A DNA stretch of 64,000 nucleotides from an uncultured Verrucomicrobiae bacterium (GCA_963801815.1 CAWDGJ010000002.1:448001-512000), one strand, 5' to 3'; shown: positions 37,979 to 48,029, numbered from the stretch's first letter. Made by a program: numbers and translations. Notes: generated by a model from the sequence alone, not told the origin.

Positions 37979-38797
37979 TCACAATCGTTCCCCGGCTCTG
38001 GTTGCGAGTTCCACAATAATGTCGGCGATCCGCGGATCTGTGCCGATCGAACTGGCATAAAAAAGCGAGCGGTTGTCGATTCGGTACGGCCCGCGTTGAA
38101 AGATGTCCCGGCCTTTTTTCGCGGACGAGGTCGATCCATCCTCGGTGATTCCCAGCAACACCGGAATATCTTCGTAACTGTGAAGCCCGTCCGAAATAAA
38201 GAACGGGACTACGACGACGTTGGGAGTGCTGGTGAGCAATTTCCAATCGGACACGAGCGGAAATTCTTCCATATAAACATTGAGCACATTCGCGTAGCGC
38301 CCGAGCGCGCGAATTTTTTCCGCTTCCCGCTTTGCCGCCACCGCGCTGTTTTCATTCAAGTCCGTTCCATGGGCGACGATCAAGAAACTGGCCGCGTTTT
38401 CCGGAACGTTTGGGGCAATCTCTCTCGCGCGCTGCACCAGTAACTCGGTCATCAGAGGATGATTGCCAACCGGCTCGGCGTAACACCACGTTTGACCGTC
38501 CGCGCGCCGGGTAAGCTTCCCGTTCAGCTCGAGCTCCCGCGGGATGACCGTTTGTGTGAAATAACCTTCACTGATGAAGTTTGGCACGACGCAGACCTCG
38601 CGAATCGTTTGCGGGTCGAACAAGAAGCGAGCGTCGCGCAAGCTCGGCTCCTCTTTCCAAAACGCGCACTGGACTTCCCCAAAAATGTTTCGACGCCGGA
38701 TTTCAGCAGCGTGCCCGAGCGTCGGCGCGCTCGAGTCAGGGTTGACCGTCGAACCATGGCCAACGATCAACAAACCGGCGTCAGGTTTGCTTTCCAC
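37979..38797 (-). CDS. CbiX/SirB-like class II chelatase domain protein (two tandem CbiX domains)
   Basis: IVGHGS, FWKEEP, VVPNFISEGY; second copy VAHGT, VVPFFISDGLH. Confidence 0.82.
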   Translation of the reverse strand: MESKPDAGLLIVGHGSTVNPDSSAPTLGHAAEIRRRNIFGEVQCAFWKEEPSLRDARFLFDPQTIREVCVVPNFISEGYFTQTVIPRELELNGKLTRRADGQTWCYAEPVGNHPLMTELLVQRAREIAPNVPENAASFLIVAHGTDLNENSAVAAKREAEKIRALGRYANVLNVYMEEFPLVSDWKLLTSTPNVVVVPFFISDGLHSYEDIPVLLGITEDGSTSSAKKGRDIFQRGPYRIDNRSLFYASSIGTDPRIADIIVELATRAGERL

Positions 38798-38809
38798 GCC
38801 TCATAATTA

Positions 38810-38879
38810 ACCACGAAGAACGCGAAGGGCACGAAGCTTTCAACAGAATATCCTTCGTGATCTTCGTGTTGTTCGTGGT
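38810..38879. repeat. Palindromic element built of 9-bp repeats
   Basis: ACCACGAAG AACGCGAAG GGCACGAAG ... CTTCGTGAT CTTCGTGTT GTTCGTGGT. Confidence 0.8.
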
Positions 38880-38890
38880 AAAATTTCCCG

Positions 38891-39931
38891 ATGAAATTCC
38901 GGACTTACAAAAACACTGACCTGGCCGTCAGCGAGGTCGGTTTCGGGCTGTGGACGATCTCGACCGGTTGGTGGGGAAATTTTACCGAGGGCGAAGCGAT
39001 CTCGCTCCTGCACAAGGCGTTCGACCTTGGCGTAACTCTATTCGACGCCGCTGACACCTACGGGAACGGCCTGAGCGAAGAATTGATTGCCAAGGCGTTC
39101 CCAAAACAACGAGACGAGATCATCATCGCGACCAAGGTCGGTTACGATTTCGTGCACTACGGTGAGGCGCGCGGGCGTGGTCAGCGCGAAATTCCGCAGG
39201 ATTTTTCGCCGTCAGCGATTGAACGCGCCACCGATGCCGCACTAAAGCGACTGCGGACCGATCGGATCGACCTGTTGCAACTGCACAACATCCGAATGGA
39301 GCAGATTTACGACGACGCGCTTTGGAAAACGCTCGAGAGACTAAAGTCGTCGGGAAAAGTTCGTTACTACGGGATCGCGCTCGGTCCGGCCATCGGCTGG
39401 CTTTATGAAGGCGCGAATTGCATTCGGGAGCGCGACGCCACGAGCATTCAGCACATTTACAACATGCTTGAGCAACATCCCGGTCGCGCAATGCAGGACG
39501 TGGCCACCGAATTAGGCAAGGACACAATGTTCCTCATTAGGGTGACGCACTCGTCAGGAATGTTGGAGGGTAAATATACGGCTGACACCGTTTTCCCGCC
39601 GAACGATCATCGCAGTCATCGTCCCCGCAGTTGGCTCCTCAACGGGGTCAAGAAGATCGACAGGTTACGGTTTCTCGAAAATTCCAACCGCACACTCGGA
39701 CAAGCGGCGCTGCTTTGGCTGCTCGCGGACGAGCGCGTGGCCTCAACCCTGCCGAACATTTACAACGAAGAACAACTCGTTGAGTTCGCGAAAGCGCCGG
39801 ATTGTCCGCCCATCAGCGCCGACGACCTCGCTAAGATTGCCAACCTTTACTCTGAAAATTTCGGACTCGAACCCGAACAACTCAAGTTCAAGGGGACCAT
39901 GGAGCTGCCAACAGAAACGGCAGCTGCCTAA
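38891..39931 (+). CDS. Aldo/keto reductase
   Basis: VSEVGFG, FDAADTYGNG, IATKVG, LRTDRIDLLQLHN, GKVRYYG. Confidence 0.93.
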   Translation: MKFRTYKNTDLAVSEVGFGLWTISTGWWGNFTEGEAISLLHKAFDLGVTLFDAADTYGNGLSEELIAKAFPKQRDEIIIATKVGYDFVHYGEARGRGQREIPQDFSPSAIERATDAALKRLRTDRIDLLQLHNIRMEQIYDDALWKTLERLKSSGKVRYYGIALGPAIGWLYEGANCIRERDATSIQHIYNMLEQHPGRAMQDVATELGKDTMFLIRVTHSSGMLEGKYTADTVFPPNDHRSHRPRSWLLNGVKKIDRLRFLENSNRTLGQAALLWLLADERVASTLPNIYNEEQLVEFAKAPDCPPISADDLAKIANLYSENFGLEPEQLKFKGTMELPTETAAA

Positions 39932-41823
39932 TCTGACGCGTCGTCTTCTACGGGTTGGGCCCGGCGAATCTCCTGGGCCGGTTCTCGGCGCCCACGGTTC
40001 GTCGACGCGGACGGTTTGTAAATTTCCTTGAAGATATCGGCGATCATTGGCGCTGCCACGGTGCCGCCGTGGATTTTGCTTCCCACTTCGCCCTCATAAA
40101 CCGCTGAGAACGCGTAACGCGGTTCAATGGCGGGCAAAAATCCCGCGAACCACGCTGCGGTGCGTTCCTTGTTCTTCGGACCCCATTGCGCTGTCCCGGT
40201 TTTTCCCGCGACTTCAACACCATCCAATTGCGCTTCATGCCCCGTGCCGTTCGGACCGTTGACGACATCGATCATTCCTTCGCGGACTTCGTCCATGGTC
40301 GTCCTCGAAATATCCACAGTGCGTTTTTCGCGCATCTCGTAAGCCGTCACAATTCGCTGATCAACGGACTGCACCTGGCGCACCAAACGTGTCTGATAAA
40401 ATTTTCCGCCATTGGCAATAATTGCCATCGCCTGCGCCATTTGCAGCGGCGTGATCTGCGTGTCCCCTTGTCCAATCGATAAGTTCGCGATGTCGCCGTT
40501 GAGAATTTTGCGGCCGTGGGTCGCTTTCATGTAATCGTCGTTCGGGACGCGCCCCTCCGCTTCGGCACGTAACGGAATCCCGCACTTCGCGCCAAATCCA
40601 AGTTTGAGCGCCCAATCGATGATCGGCTCCGCGCCAGTTTTTATTCCGACCTGATAGAACCAGGTGTCGCACGATTGAGTGAGCGCCTGGACGAAATTCA
40701 GCGCACCCTGGTCGCCTTTTTTCCAATTGTGAAAGGTGAGATTGCCAATCTGGATCGCAGGAACGCATTGATACATATCGTCGGAATGGACAGCTCCGGC
40801 CTCCAGCGCGGCAATTCCGACCGCGACCTTGAACGTCGAACCGGGCGGATAGGACGAGCGAAAAGCGCGCGCCAATAGCGGAATGTCGGGGTCGTCCTGT
40901 AATTGCTTGAACTTCTCCGCGGAAATCGACGGCACGAAAAGATTTGGGTCGTAAGCCGGCCATGAAGCCATTGCCAGAATGTCGCCGTCCATTGGATCGA
41001 CAATCACGATGGCACCGCGCTTGGCCCGCGCCGCGAGCGCTTTTTCCGCTAATTCCTGAAGCCGTAGATCCAACGTCGTTACGATATTGTTCCCGGGAAC
41101 GGCGGGGTTGATCAATTTCTCGGACGTCTTTCGACCGTCTTTGTCGAACGTCAGCTTGTATTCGCCGTGCTTGCCGGTGAGCAATTCATTGAATGTTTGC
41201 TCGAGGCCATCGCGCCCCTCCGTTTCCGGCCAAAGCGTTTCGTGGTTGTCGATGATCCCATCGAGATTCCGGCCTTTCTTCCCGATGTAGCCAATGATGT
41301 GGCCGGCCAATTTGCCGTTCGGATAAACGCGAACATAAACCGGACGCACAACCAGCGATTCTTTTGCTCGATCCTTGACCGCGTCGTACTCCGTCTGGCT
41401 CAGATTTTGCGCGACCTCCAACGGAAGGATTCCGCGGTTGTGGTAATGGCGCAGGATGGCGTCGTCGGAAATCTTGATCGGACGCCCGATTAGCTTGGTC
41501 GCTTTATCGATCTTTTCCCGGGCAAACGCCACGGCTTTGTTGTCCGTAAAATCCAGCGGCGTTGGGAAACTAATCGCGAGATTGTAACTGACCTTATTCT
41601 GGGCAAGCGGAAGACCGGTACGATCGGTGATTTGGCCGCGCGGGGCTGGAACATCCAGAATGTAGGTCCGGGCAAGCTTTTGAGTTTCGAACGTTGGGAT
41701 GATCGTCTCTTCGTCTTGGGTTGGGGGCAGGCTCGGGCTCGGCGTAGCCACCGGCGGCGACACTTGCCCCAAAACAAACGCCGATAGCATTGGCGACAGC
41801 AGAATTACGGCCCAACCCTTCAT
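39928..41823 (-). CDS. mrdA: Penicillin-binding protein 2 (class B transpeptidase)
   Basis: PAPRGQITDR, YPPGSTFK (SxxK), QSCD, SIGQG, AGKTGTAQ. Confidence 0.92.
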   Translation of the reverse strand: MKGWAVILLSPMLSAFVLGQVSPPVATPSPSLPPTQDEETIIPTFETQKLARTYILDVPAPRGQITDRTGLPLAQNKVSYNLAISFPTPLDFTDNKAVAFAREKIDKATKLIGRPIKISDDAILRHYHNRGILPLEVAQNLSQTEYDAVKDRAKESLVVRPVYVRVYPNGKLAGHIIGYIGKKGRNLDGIIDNHETLWPETEGRDGLEQTFNELLTGKHGEYKLTFDKDGRKTSEKLINPAVPGNNIVTTLDLRLQELAEKALAARAKRGAIVIVDPMDGDILAMASWPAYDPNLFVPSISAEKFKQLQDDPDIPLLARAFRSSYPPGSTFKVAVGIAALEAGAVHSDDMYQCVPAIQIGNLTFHNWKKGDQGALNFVQALTQSCDTWFYQVGIKTGAEPIIDWALKLGFGAKCGIPLRAEAEGRVPNDDYMKATHGRKILNGDIANLSIGQGDTQITPLQMAQAMAIIANGGKFYQTRLVRQVQSVDQRIVTAYEMREKRTVDISRTTMDEVREGMIDVVNGPNGTGHEAQLDGVEVAGKTGTAQWGPKNKERTAAWFAGFLPAIEPRYAFSAVYEGEVGSKIHGGTVAAPMIADIFKEIYKPSASTNRGRREPAQEIRRAQPVEDDASD

Positions 41824-41859
41824 CGCGAGATCGACACTTTCGGTTGCACGATACTTGCG

Positions 41860-43467
41860 TCAATGCCGCTGCAGAAAGTGATGCAGTTCCTCCGCAAGTT
41901 TTCGTCCAATTCCTTCAGTGGCGGCTATTTGATCGACGCTCGCTTTGCGCAGGCGATTGACCGAGCCAAATTTCCGAAGCAGAAGGTTTTTGCGGTTCTG
42001 ACTCACCCCCGGGCAATCATCGAGAATGCTTTCGTCGATTCGCTTCTTGAGCAGCAGCTGATGATAAGCGTTCGCGAACCGGTGTGCTTCATCGCGGATT
42101 CGCTGCAACAGATGCAACGCGCCGGAATCGGCAGGCAATTGCAGCGGCATCGCCCGGCCTGGCCGGTAAATTTCCTCATGCTCCTTCGCCAAACCAATAA
42201 TCGGCAAATCGTGCAAGCCGAGTCGCTGCAATTCCCGGCACGCCGACGAAAGTTGTCCTTTGCCACCATCGACAATGATCAGGTCCGGTAAACGCACCGG
42301 AACAAACTGCGGACTGCGGATTGCGGATTGCGGAAAAACATGAGTTTCGAGTCGGCGAGCAGTTTCGAACGCACTTTCCTGCGAATGCTGCGGCGAAAGA
42401 TCGATATCTTCTCTTTCCACATTCCGAAGTCCGGTTTCCGCAATAGATAAGAGTACTCGCGAATACCGCCGCCGCACCACTTCCGCCATGCTGGCGAAAT
42501 CATCCTGACCCTGAACGGTACGGACGCGATACCGCCGATAACAATTCTTGTCCGCTACGCCGTCCCGGAAACAAACCATCGAAGCGACCACGTGCGTCGT
42601 GGAAATGTTCGAGATATCGAAACATTCCATCACGCGTGGCAGCCGGGGCAATTGCAATGCATCAGCCAACGCCTGCACATCGGCGATCGGATCGATCGCG
42701 CTCGGTAACGTGCCTCGCGTGAATCGGCGCGTTGACCTGGTTGTTTCGCGCACATCGTCAATCATGTTCCGGAGCTCGGCCGCTTTCTCGAAATCCATCT
42801 TCTCGGCTGCTTTGCGCATCTCCGTTTCCAACATGTCAATCATCTCGCGCGATTGACCCTCCAGAAATTCGCAGGCTTGCGTGACACGTCCGCGATACTG
42901 CTCCGCAGTGATTTCGCTCAAACGAACCGGCACCTGGTAAGTCGAGGACTTCAATTCGCGTTCGCTCGGCGCGCCACGGCCAAACGTCAGCACGCCAAAT
43001 TTCTTGCGCATCAAATTCAGCGTCTGACGTAACGCACCGGCAGCCGCAAACGGTCCAAAATAGCGTGCGTTGTCATTTTTCTTCAGCCTCGTGAGTCGAA
43101 ACCGCGGCCATTCTTCCGACAGGTCGACTTTGACCAGCAGGAACCGCTTATCGTCTCGAAACGAAATGTTATAGCGTGGCCGATACTCCTTGATCAGCTT
43201 GCCTTCCAGCAACACCGATTCGGCCTCGCTGCGAACCACATGAGTCTCAAAATCCCAGGTCGCCTCAAGCAACGCCCGTGTTTTCAAATCCGCCTGCGCC
43301 AATTTCGAAGGCAAGAAATAAGAACTGACCCGCTTTCGAAGATCCCGCGCTTTGCCGACGTAGATCACCCGGTTGAATCGATCGCGCATCAGGTACACAC
43401 CGGGTTTGTGCGGCACTTCGTGCACCTTTTTCTGGAGATCGGGTTTTTGTTTGCGTGAAACGGCCAT
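41860..43467 (-). CDS. uvrC: Excinuclease ABC subunit C
   Basis: GIY-YIG (PGVYLM..YVGKA), UVR domain, ECFDISN, PDLIIVDGGKGQL, RDEAHRFA, HhH. Confidence 0.95.
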   Translation of the reverse strand: MAVSRKQKPDLQKKVHEVPHKPGVYLMRDRFNRVIYVGKARDLRKRVSSYFLPSKLAQADLKTRALLEATWDFETHVVRSEAESVLLEGKLIKEYRPRYNISFRDDKRFLLVKVDLSEEWPRFRLTRLKKNDNARYFGPFAAAGALRQTLNLMRKKFGVLTFGRGAPSERELKSSTYQVPVRLSEITAEQYRGRVTQACEFLEGQSREMIDMLETEMRKAAEKMDFEKAAELRNMIDDVRETTRSTRRFTRGTLPSAIDPIADVQALADALQLPRLPRVMECFDISNISTTHVVASMVCFRDGVADKNCYRRYRVRTVQGQDDFASMAEVVRRRYSRVLLSIAETGLRNVEREDIDLSPQHSQESAFETARRLETHVFPQSAIRSPQFVPVRLPDLIIVDGGKGQLSSACRELQRLGLHDLPIIGLAKEHEEIYRPGRAMPLQLPADSGALHLLQRIRDEAHRFANAYHQLLLKKRIDESILDDCPGVSQNRKNLLLRKFGSVNRLRKASVDQIAATEGIGRKLAEELHHFLQRH

Positions 43468-43525
43468 CGAATCAGCCGGTAATGTACGCGCCACTCCTAA
43501 GATCGACAATTGCGTCCCGGAAATC

Positions 43526-44605
43526 TTAAGCCACCCGCCGTCGCGGCAACGCTGACTGAACCATCATCAGCTCGCTCACGTTTTCCGGCGTGAGCAAACC
43601 GACCAGACGTTTCATGCTGTCGAGCACCGGCACGGCCGGGCAATTGCACTCCTGCATGATCCGAAACGCTTCTTCGAACCGCGTTCCCGTCGTCACAGTC
43701 GGGATGTCACGCCTCATCACATCGCCGACGCGAATCGAACCGTCGTCTTTGCGCAGCGCCGCGATCAGGTCGTGTCGGGTCAAAATCCCGGCGACATTTC
43801 CACCTTCGTCGAGCACCGGAAAATCGTGCTGCGACGTTGCCAGCAAAGCGTCGACTGCTTCCTGCAGCGTCGCTGTCTCGGGCAATGTACGAAATTCGCG
43901 AACCATCGCGCTCGAAACCGGAAACCGTCGGGACACATCGCGCATTTGCGCGAGGGCCGCCTCCTGTGACGCGCCGATGTAAACAAAGAAAGCGATGAAA
44001 ATCAGGAAAGGATTTGGACTGAACAGGCCCGGGATTCCAAACAGACCAACTATTCCAAAAAGGAACGCGAAAGCCTGACCAACGGTTGCCGCGACTTGAG
44101 TCGCCCGCGCGTAAGTCAGGCGAGTCGCGAGGAGAGCGCGCAGAACGCGACCGCCATCCATCGGGAAAGCGGGAATGAGGTTAAAAAGAAGAAGGCACAC
44201 GTTAATTTTCAAAAGATTGGCCAACAGATCGCCGCTTTGGAGTGAAGCGCTTAACTCGCCCGCGCCGTGCGATCCGATCACGACGAACAAAGACAACGCA
44301 ATGATCGCGGTCACCGCTGGTCCGGCCGCGGCAATGACTAGCTCCTGCCTAGGTTCTTCCGGAATTCGTTCCAGCCGCGCTACTCCGCCGATCGGCAACA
44401 AAGTAATGTCAGGCGTGTTAATACCGTACGCCTTCGCCGCCAGCGCGTGACCAAATTCATGGAGCACGACGCACAAAAACAACAAAAGCACCAAGATCGC
44501 CACGGAAGCGGAGGCGAGGGCGACCCAGACAATCAACAGCAGAAAAGTGATGTGGATGCGTAACTGGATGCCGGCAATCCGGACGATGGGAATAGACCAG
44601 CTCAT
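43526..44605 (-). CDS. Site-2 protease (M50) with CBS domains
   Basis: HEFGH, NLIPAFPMDGGR, two C-terminal CBS domains. Confidence 0.93.
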   Translation of the reverse strand: MSWSIPIVRIAGIQLRIHITFLLLIVWVALASASVAILVLLLFLCVVLHEFGHALAAKAYGINTPDITLLPIGGVARLERIPEEPRQELVIAAAGPAVTAIIALSLFVVIGSHGAGELSASLQSGDLLANLLKINVCLLLFNLIPAFPMDGGRVLRALLATRLTYARATQVAATVGQAFAFLFGIVGLFGIPGLFSPNPFLIFIAFFVYIGASQEAALAQMRDVSRRFPVSSAMVREFRTLPETATLQEAVDALLATSQHDFPVLDEGGNVAGILTRHDLIAALRKDDGSIRVGDVMRRDIPTVTTGTRFEEAFRIMQECNCPAVPVLDSMKRLVGLLTPENVSELMMVQSALPRRRVA

Positions 44606-44683
44606 GGAAGCACTTTCGTTCGTCTTTTAGTCGCGCGCCAGAAGTGTTGAAGACGGCTCGCTCGCAATTGAAACTGGAGTGCT

Positions 44684-45763
44684 ATGGAGATTGTTGATGT
44701 TGCCATTGTCGGCGCTGGCCCAGCGGGTTCAACCTGCGCTGCGTTCTGCGCGGCCGCAGGGTTGCGCGTGGCCCTGATTGAACGTGAAAAATTTCCGCGC
44801 GAAAAGGTTTGCGGCGATTGCCTTAATCCCGCGTGCCTGTCAGTTTTGCAACGGCTCTGCCCAGGCGATCAAATTCAAAATTGGTCGCACGCGATTGTCG
44901 ACGGTGTCGATTTCATCCCGATTAATGGACAACGAGTCAAAGTAAATTTCCCAAGCGGCACTCGATTCATCACGATCAAGCGCAGCCTTCTTGATAATGC
45001 ATTGCTCAAGCGCGCCGGTGAACTCGGCGCCCGTGTTCACGAGGAGGCAACCGTCGTCGCGCTTCACCAGACCCGCGACCGCGATTGGAAGATCGATATC
45101 GTTCGCGAAACATTTCTCGCTCGCATTTTGGTTGGCGCTGACGGACGAAATTCGACGGTGGCGCGACTTCGCAACCTGCTTCCACCGCTCGAGCGAGAAC
45201 GAATCGCCTTGCAAGCGCACATTCCATTGCCGCCCAATTTCGGAAATCGCATCGTCTTGCAATTTTTAGCCGAAGGTTATTCCGGCCAGGCACCTGTGAA
45301 CGACCGTGAGCTCAATCTCTGTCTCGTGGGTACGCCACCGACCATGCCATCCATTAGAGCCTGGGCTGAGAAGCGCTTCAATCTCCCGGCGACTCAGTCG
45401 TGGCGCACAATCACTCCGCTTACCCGCGCACCGATTGCACCGGCCCGGGAAAATTTATTCTTTATCGGCGACGCGGCGCGAGTAGTCGAGCCGTTCACTG
45501 GCGAAGGAATCTATTACGCGCTGCGCTCAGGCGAGCTCGCCGCAAACTCCATTGCGAAAATCATGACTGGTGAAGATCGACAATCTATCGTGCAGAAATT
45601 CACCCGAGATCATCGCGCGATGTATCGCGGTCGATTATGGATCAACCGCGTCGCCCGTGAAGCGGTGCTCCATTCGCGATTTGCGTCACGATTGGCGGGC
45701 ATTGCTGGAGTCAGTGGCCCGGTCCTCCGCTCATTAACACGAAAGATAGTCGGCGCGCCTTAA
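44684..45763 (+). CDS. FAD-dependent oxidoreductase, geranylgeranyl reductase family
   Basis: VGAGPAG, FPREKVCG, GADG, IGDAA..VEPFTGEGI. Confidence 0.88.
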   Translation: MEIVDVAIVGAGPAGSTCAAFCAAAGLRVALIEREKFPREKVCGDCLNPACLSVLQRLCPGDQIQNWSHAIVDGVDFIPINGQRVKVNFPSGTRFITIKRSLLDNALLKRAGELGARVHEEATVVALHQTRDRDWKIDIVRETFLARILVGADGRNSTVARLRNLLPPLERERIALQAHIPLPPNFGNRIVLQFLAEGYSGQAPVNDRELNLCLVGTPPTMPSIRAWAEKRFNLPATQSWRTITPLTRAPIAPARENLFFIGDAARVVEPFTGEGIYYALRSGELAANSIAKIMTGEDRQSIVQKFTRDHRAMYRGRLWINRVAREAVLHSRFASRLAGIAGVSGPVLRSLTRKIVGAP

Positions 45764-45764
45764 C

Positions 45765-45791
45765 AACTTGAATGCATAATGCATTCAAGTT
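45765..45791. repeat. Perfect 27-bp palindrome
   Basis: AACTTGAATGCAT-A-ATGCATTCAAGTT. Confidence 0.8.
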
Positions 45792-45864
45792 TGGATAAGG
45801 GTGCGAGTCGGATGCGCTTTGCTGCGGCGTTCGGAGCCTAATCGTTGGCGAAAGCGAGAGATCG

Positions 45865-46743
45865 TCAGATCGATTGTCGCGCCGCCTTGACCGTATTCGA
45901 CATCAGCATCGCGATGGTCATTGGCCCAACACCGCCCGGAACCGGCGTGATTGCTTTCGCTTTTGGCGCCACTTCGTCGAATGCAACATCACCAACGAGC
46001 CGGTAGCCGCGTTTGTCGCTTTTGTCTTCCACGCGGTTGATGCCGACATCGATTACGACTGCGCCTTCACGAACGTGATCAGCTTTCACAAAGTGTGCGC
46101 GCCCGATCGCAGCGATCAAAATGTCCGCCGAGCGCGTGATCGCTTCCAGATTCTTGCTCCGCGAATGAACAACGGTCACTGTCGCGTCCCCGCCTTTGGC
46201 TTTTTGCATGAGCAACAAGGCGACCGGTTTTCCAACGATCATGCTGCGTCCGAGAACGACCACGTGCGCTCCCGCAATGTCGATCTTGGTCTCAATCAGC
46301 AAGCGTTGAACGCCGAGCGGGGTGCAAGGCACAAACCCGGTCGGATCGCCCATTGCGAGCTTGGCCACATTGAGCGGATGAAAACCGTCCACATCCTTGG
46401 CCGGATTAAGCGCTCGCACAATCGCTGTTTCGTCGATTTGTTTCGGCGGCGGCGATTGGACCAGAATTCCATGAACAGCAGCATCCCGATTTAGTTCTTC
46501 AACGCGGGCCAGCAATTCTGCCTGACTCGTTGATTCTGGCAGCTCGAGCTTGACGGAATGCAATCCGAGCTCGCGGCTCATTTTGTCTTTTGAGCGAACG
46601 TAGGCGCGCGATGCCGGGTCGTCGCCCACCAGCACCACCGCAAGTCCGGGCGTCACACCCTTGCTTCTCAGCTGGGCGATTTCGCCGCGAAGATCGACAT
46701 AGACTTTTTCGGCAATAGCGCGGCCGTCGATCAAATTCCCCAT
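45865..46743 (-). CDS. folD: Methylenetetrahydrofolate dehydrogenase/cyclohydrolase
   Basis: [41 protein letters not shown]. Confidence 0.97.
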   Translation of the reverse strand: MGNLIDGRAIAEKVYVDLRGEIAQLRSKGVTPGLAVVLVGDDPASRAYVRSKDKMSRELGLHSVKLELPESTSQAELLARVEELNRDAAVHGILVQSPPPKQIDETAIVRALNPAKDVDGFHPLNVAKLAMGDPTGFVPCTPLGVQRLLIETKIDIAGAHVVVLGRSMIVGKPVALLLMQKAKGGDATVTVVHSRSKNLEAITRSADILIAAIGRAHFVKADHVREGAVVIDVGINRVEDKSDKRGYRLVGDVAFDEVAPKAKAITPVPGGVGPMTIAMLMSNTVKAARQSI

Positions 46744-46761
46744 CAGCCGACCTTAAATGAG

Positions 46762-47406
46762 CTAGCGGCGTTCAACCAGCGACATCAGCGCGTTTTGCAA
46801 CCGCTGGCGCTCAGCTGCGAATTCTTGGTCGGTTGAGGTGGATCTTATCCGCTCGGGCTGGCCAATGATCACGCGCACTTTCGAAAATGGCTTCGGAATG
46901 ATGAACCGGTCCCAGCTCTTGACCCGCCAGCAGCTGGAATATTCCATATTCATCGGCAAAACCGACACGCCGGTTTTTTGGGCAAGAAAAATAATGCCGG
47001 GCCCAAGTTCATACGCCGGACCACGCGGGCCGTCCGGCGTAATCACGACGTCGCGCCCGCCCCCAAGCACGGCGCTAAGTTGAAGGAGGCCGCTTGCTCC
47101 CAGCTTCGAACTCGAACCGCGGACAACTTCGTAGTCGAAACGGTGGATGGCGTCGCTGAGTAAATCGCCGTCGCGACTCGCGCTGATCAAGGCCGCGCCA
47201 GGGCGATTCGGAAAAAAACGCCGAAGGACAAGCGGGAAGATCAACAATCGATTGTGCCAGAGCGCGCCAATGTAATTCTCCACGACTGGCTTGCCGACGA
47301 TGCCTGCACGGTCGTGGATTTCATAGCGCAACGTGCGCCCAAGCACTTTCAAAAGATAAAACCCGAACGCGATTAACCAGCGCGCTTTCCAACCTTCGAT
47401 CTTCAA
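46762..47406 (-). CDS. DUF374 acyltransferase (LpxJ-like)
   Basis: ALWHNR, LISASRDG, VRGSSS, ITPDGPRGP, SWDRFIIPKPF. Confidence 0.85.
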   Translation of the reverse strand: MKIEGWKARWLIAFGFYLLKVLGRTLRYEIHDRAGIVGKPVVENYIGALWHNRLLIFPLVLRRFFPNRPGAALISASRDGDLLSDAIHRFDYEVVRGSSSKLGASGLLQLSAVLGGGRDVVITPDGPRGPAYELGPGIIFLAQKTGVSVLPMNMEYSSCWRVKSWDRFIIPKPFSKVRVIIGQPERIRSTSTDQEFAAERQRLQNALMSLVERR

Positions 47407-47981
47407 GGTTTTTTGCGTGCGCCACGGCGCGCGGGTTGATCGGCCCAGCGATAGGCGCGCGAGCTAGGCAGGCCAATCTGATCGAGGATGCGCCACACTA
47501 CAGTATCCACAACATCAGTGACGGACGCGGGCCGGCTGTAGAATGATGGAATCGCCGGCAGCACGACGGCGCCTGCTTCGAGAAGCGTGACCACGTTGCG
47601 CGCATGGATCAAATTCCACGGCGTCTCGCGGGGAACGAGGACAAGTTTGCGTCGCTCCTTCAAAAAAACGTCAGCCGCGCGAAGCAGCGCAGTGTCACTG
47701 GAGCCGGACGCAATCCGGCCGATCGTTGCCATTGAACAGGGAGCGATAACCATCGCATCAAATTTCGCGGAGCCGCTGACAAACGGAACGTTGAGATCAT
47801 TTTCGGCGTGCTGTGCGATACCCTTTGGAATTTTGAAAGCGCCAATCTCTTCTCTTGCTACCTGGTTGGCGTGACCGCTCATGACCAAATGAATCTCGTG
47901 CGCCGCGGGATCGATTTGGTCGAGCAATCGTTGCAGATAAATCGACCCGCTGGCGCCGGTGGCCGCGATAACAAGTTTCAT
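47403..47981 (-). CDS. ubiX: Flavin prenyltransferase
   Basis: ATGASG, SGS, APCSM, RAADVFLKERR, PRETP, PSFY. Confidence 0.93.
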   Translation of the reverse strand: MKLVIAATGASGSIYLQRLLDQIDPAAHEIHLVMSGHANQVAREEIGAFKIPKGIAQHAENDLNVPFVSGSAKFDAMVIAPCSMATIGRIASGSSDTALLRAADVFLKERRKLVLVPRETPWNLIHARNVVTLLEAGAVVLPAIPSFYSRPASVTDVVDTVVWRILDQIGLPSSRAYRWADQPARRGARKKP

Positions 47982-48029
47982 CCGCGAAGAGTTTGAATTT
48001 AATCCGTTAAGGGGGCAATAAGATACACG

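Noticed and set aside
45765..45795. dif site
   Set aside because: Only the GCATAA half resembles the XerC arm, the XerD arm TTATGTTAAAT is missing, and the site is near dnaA.
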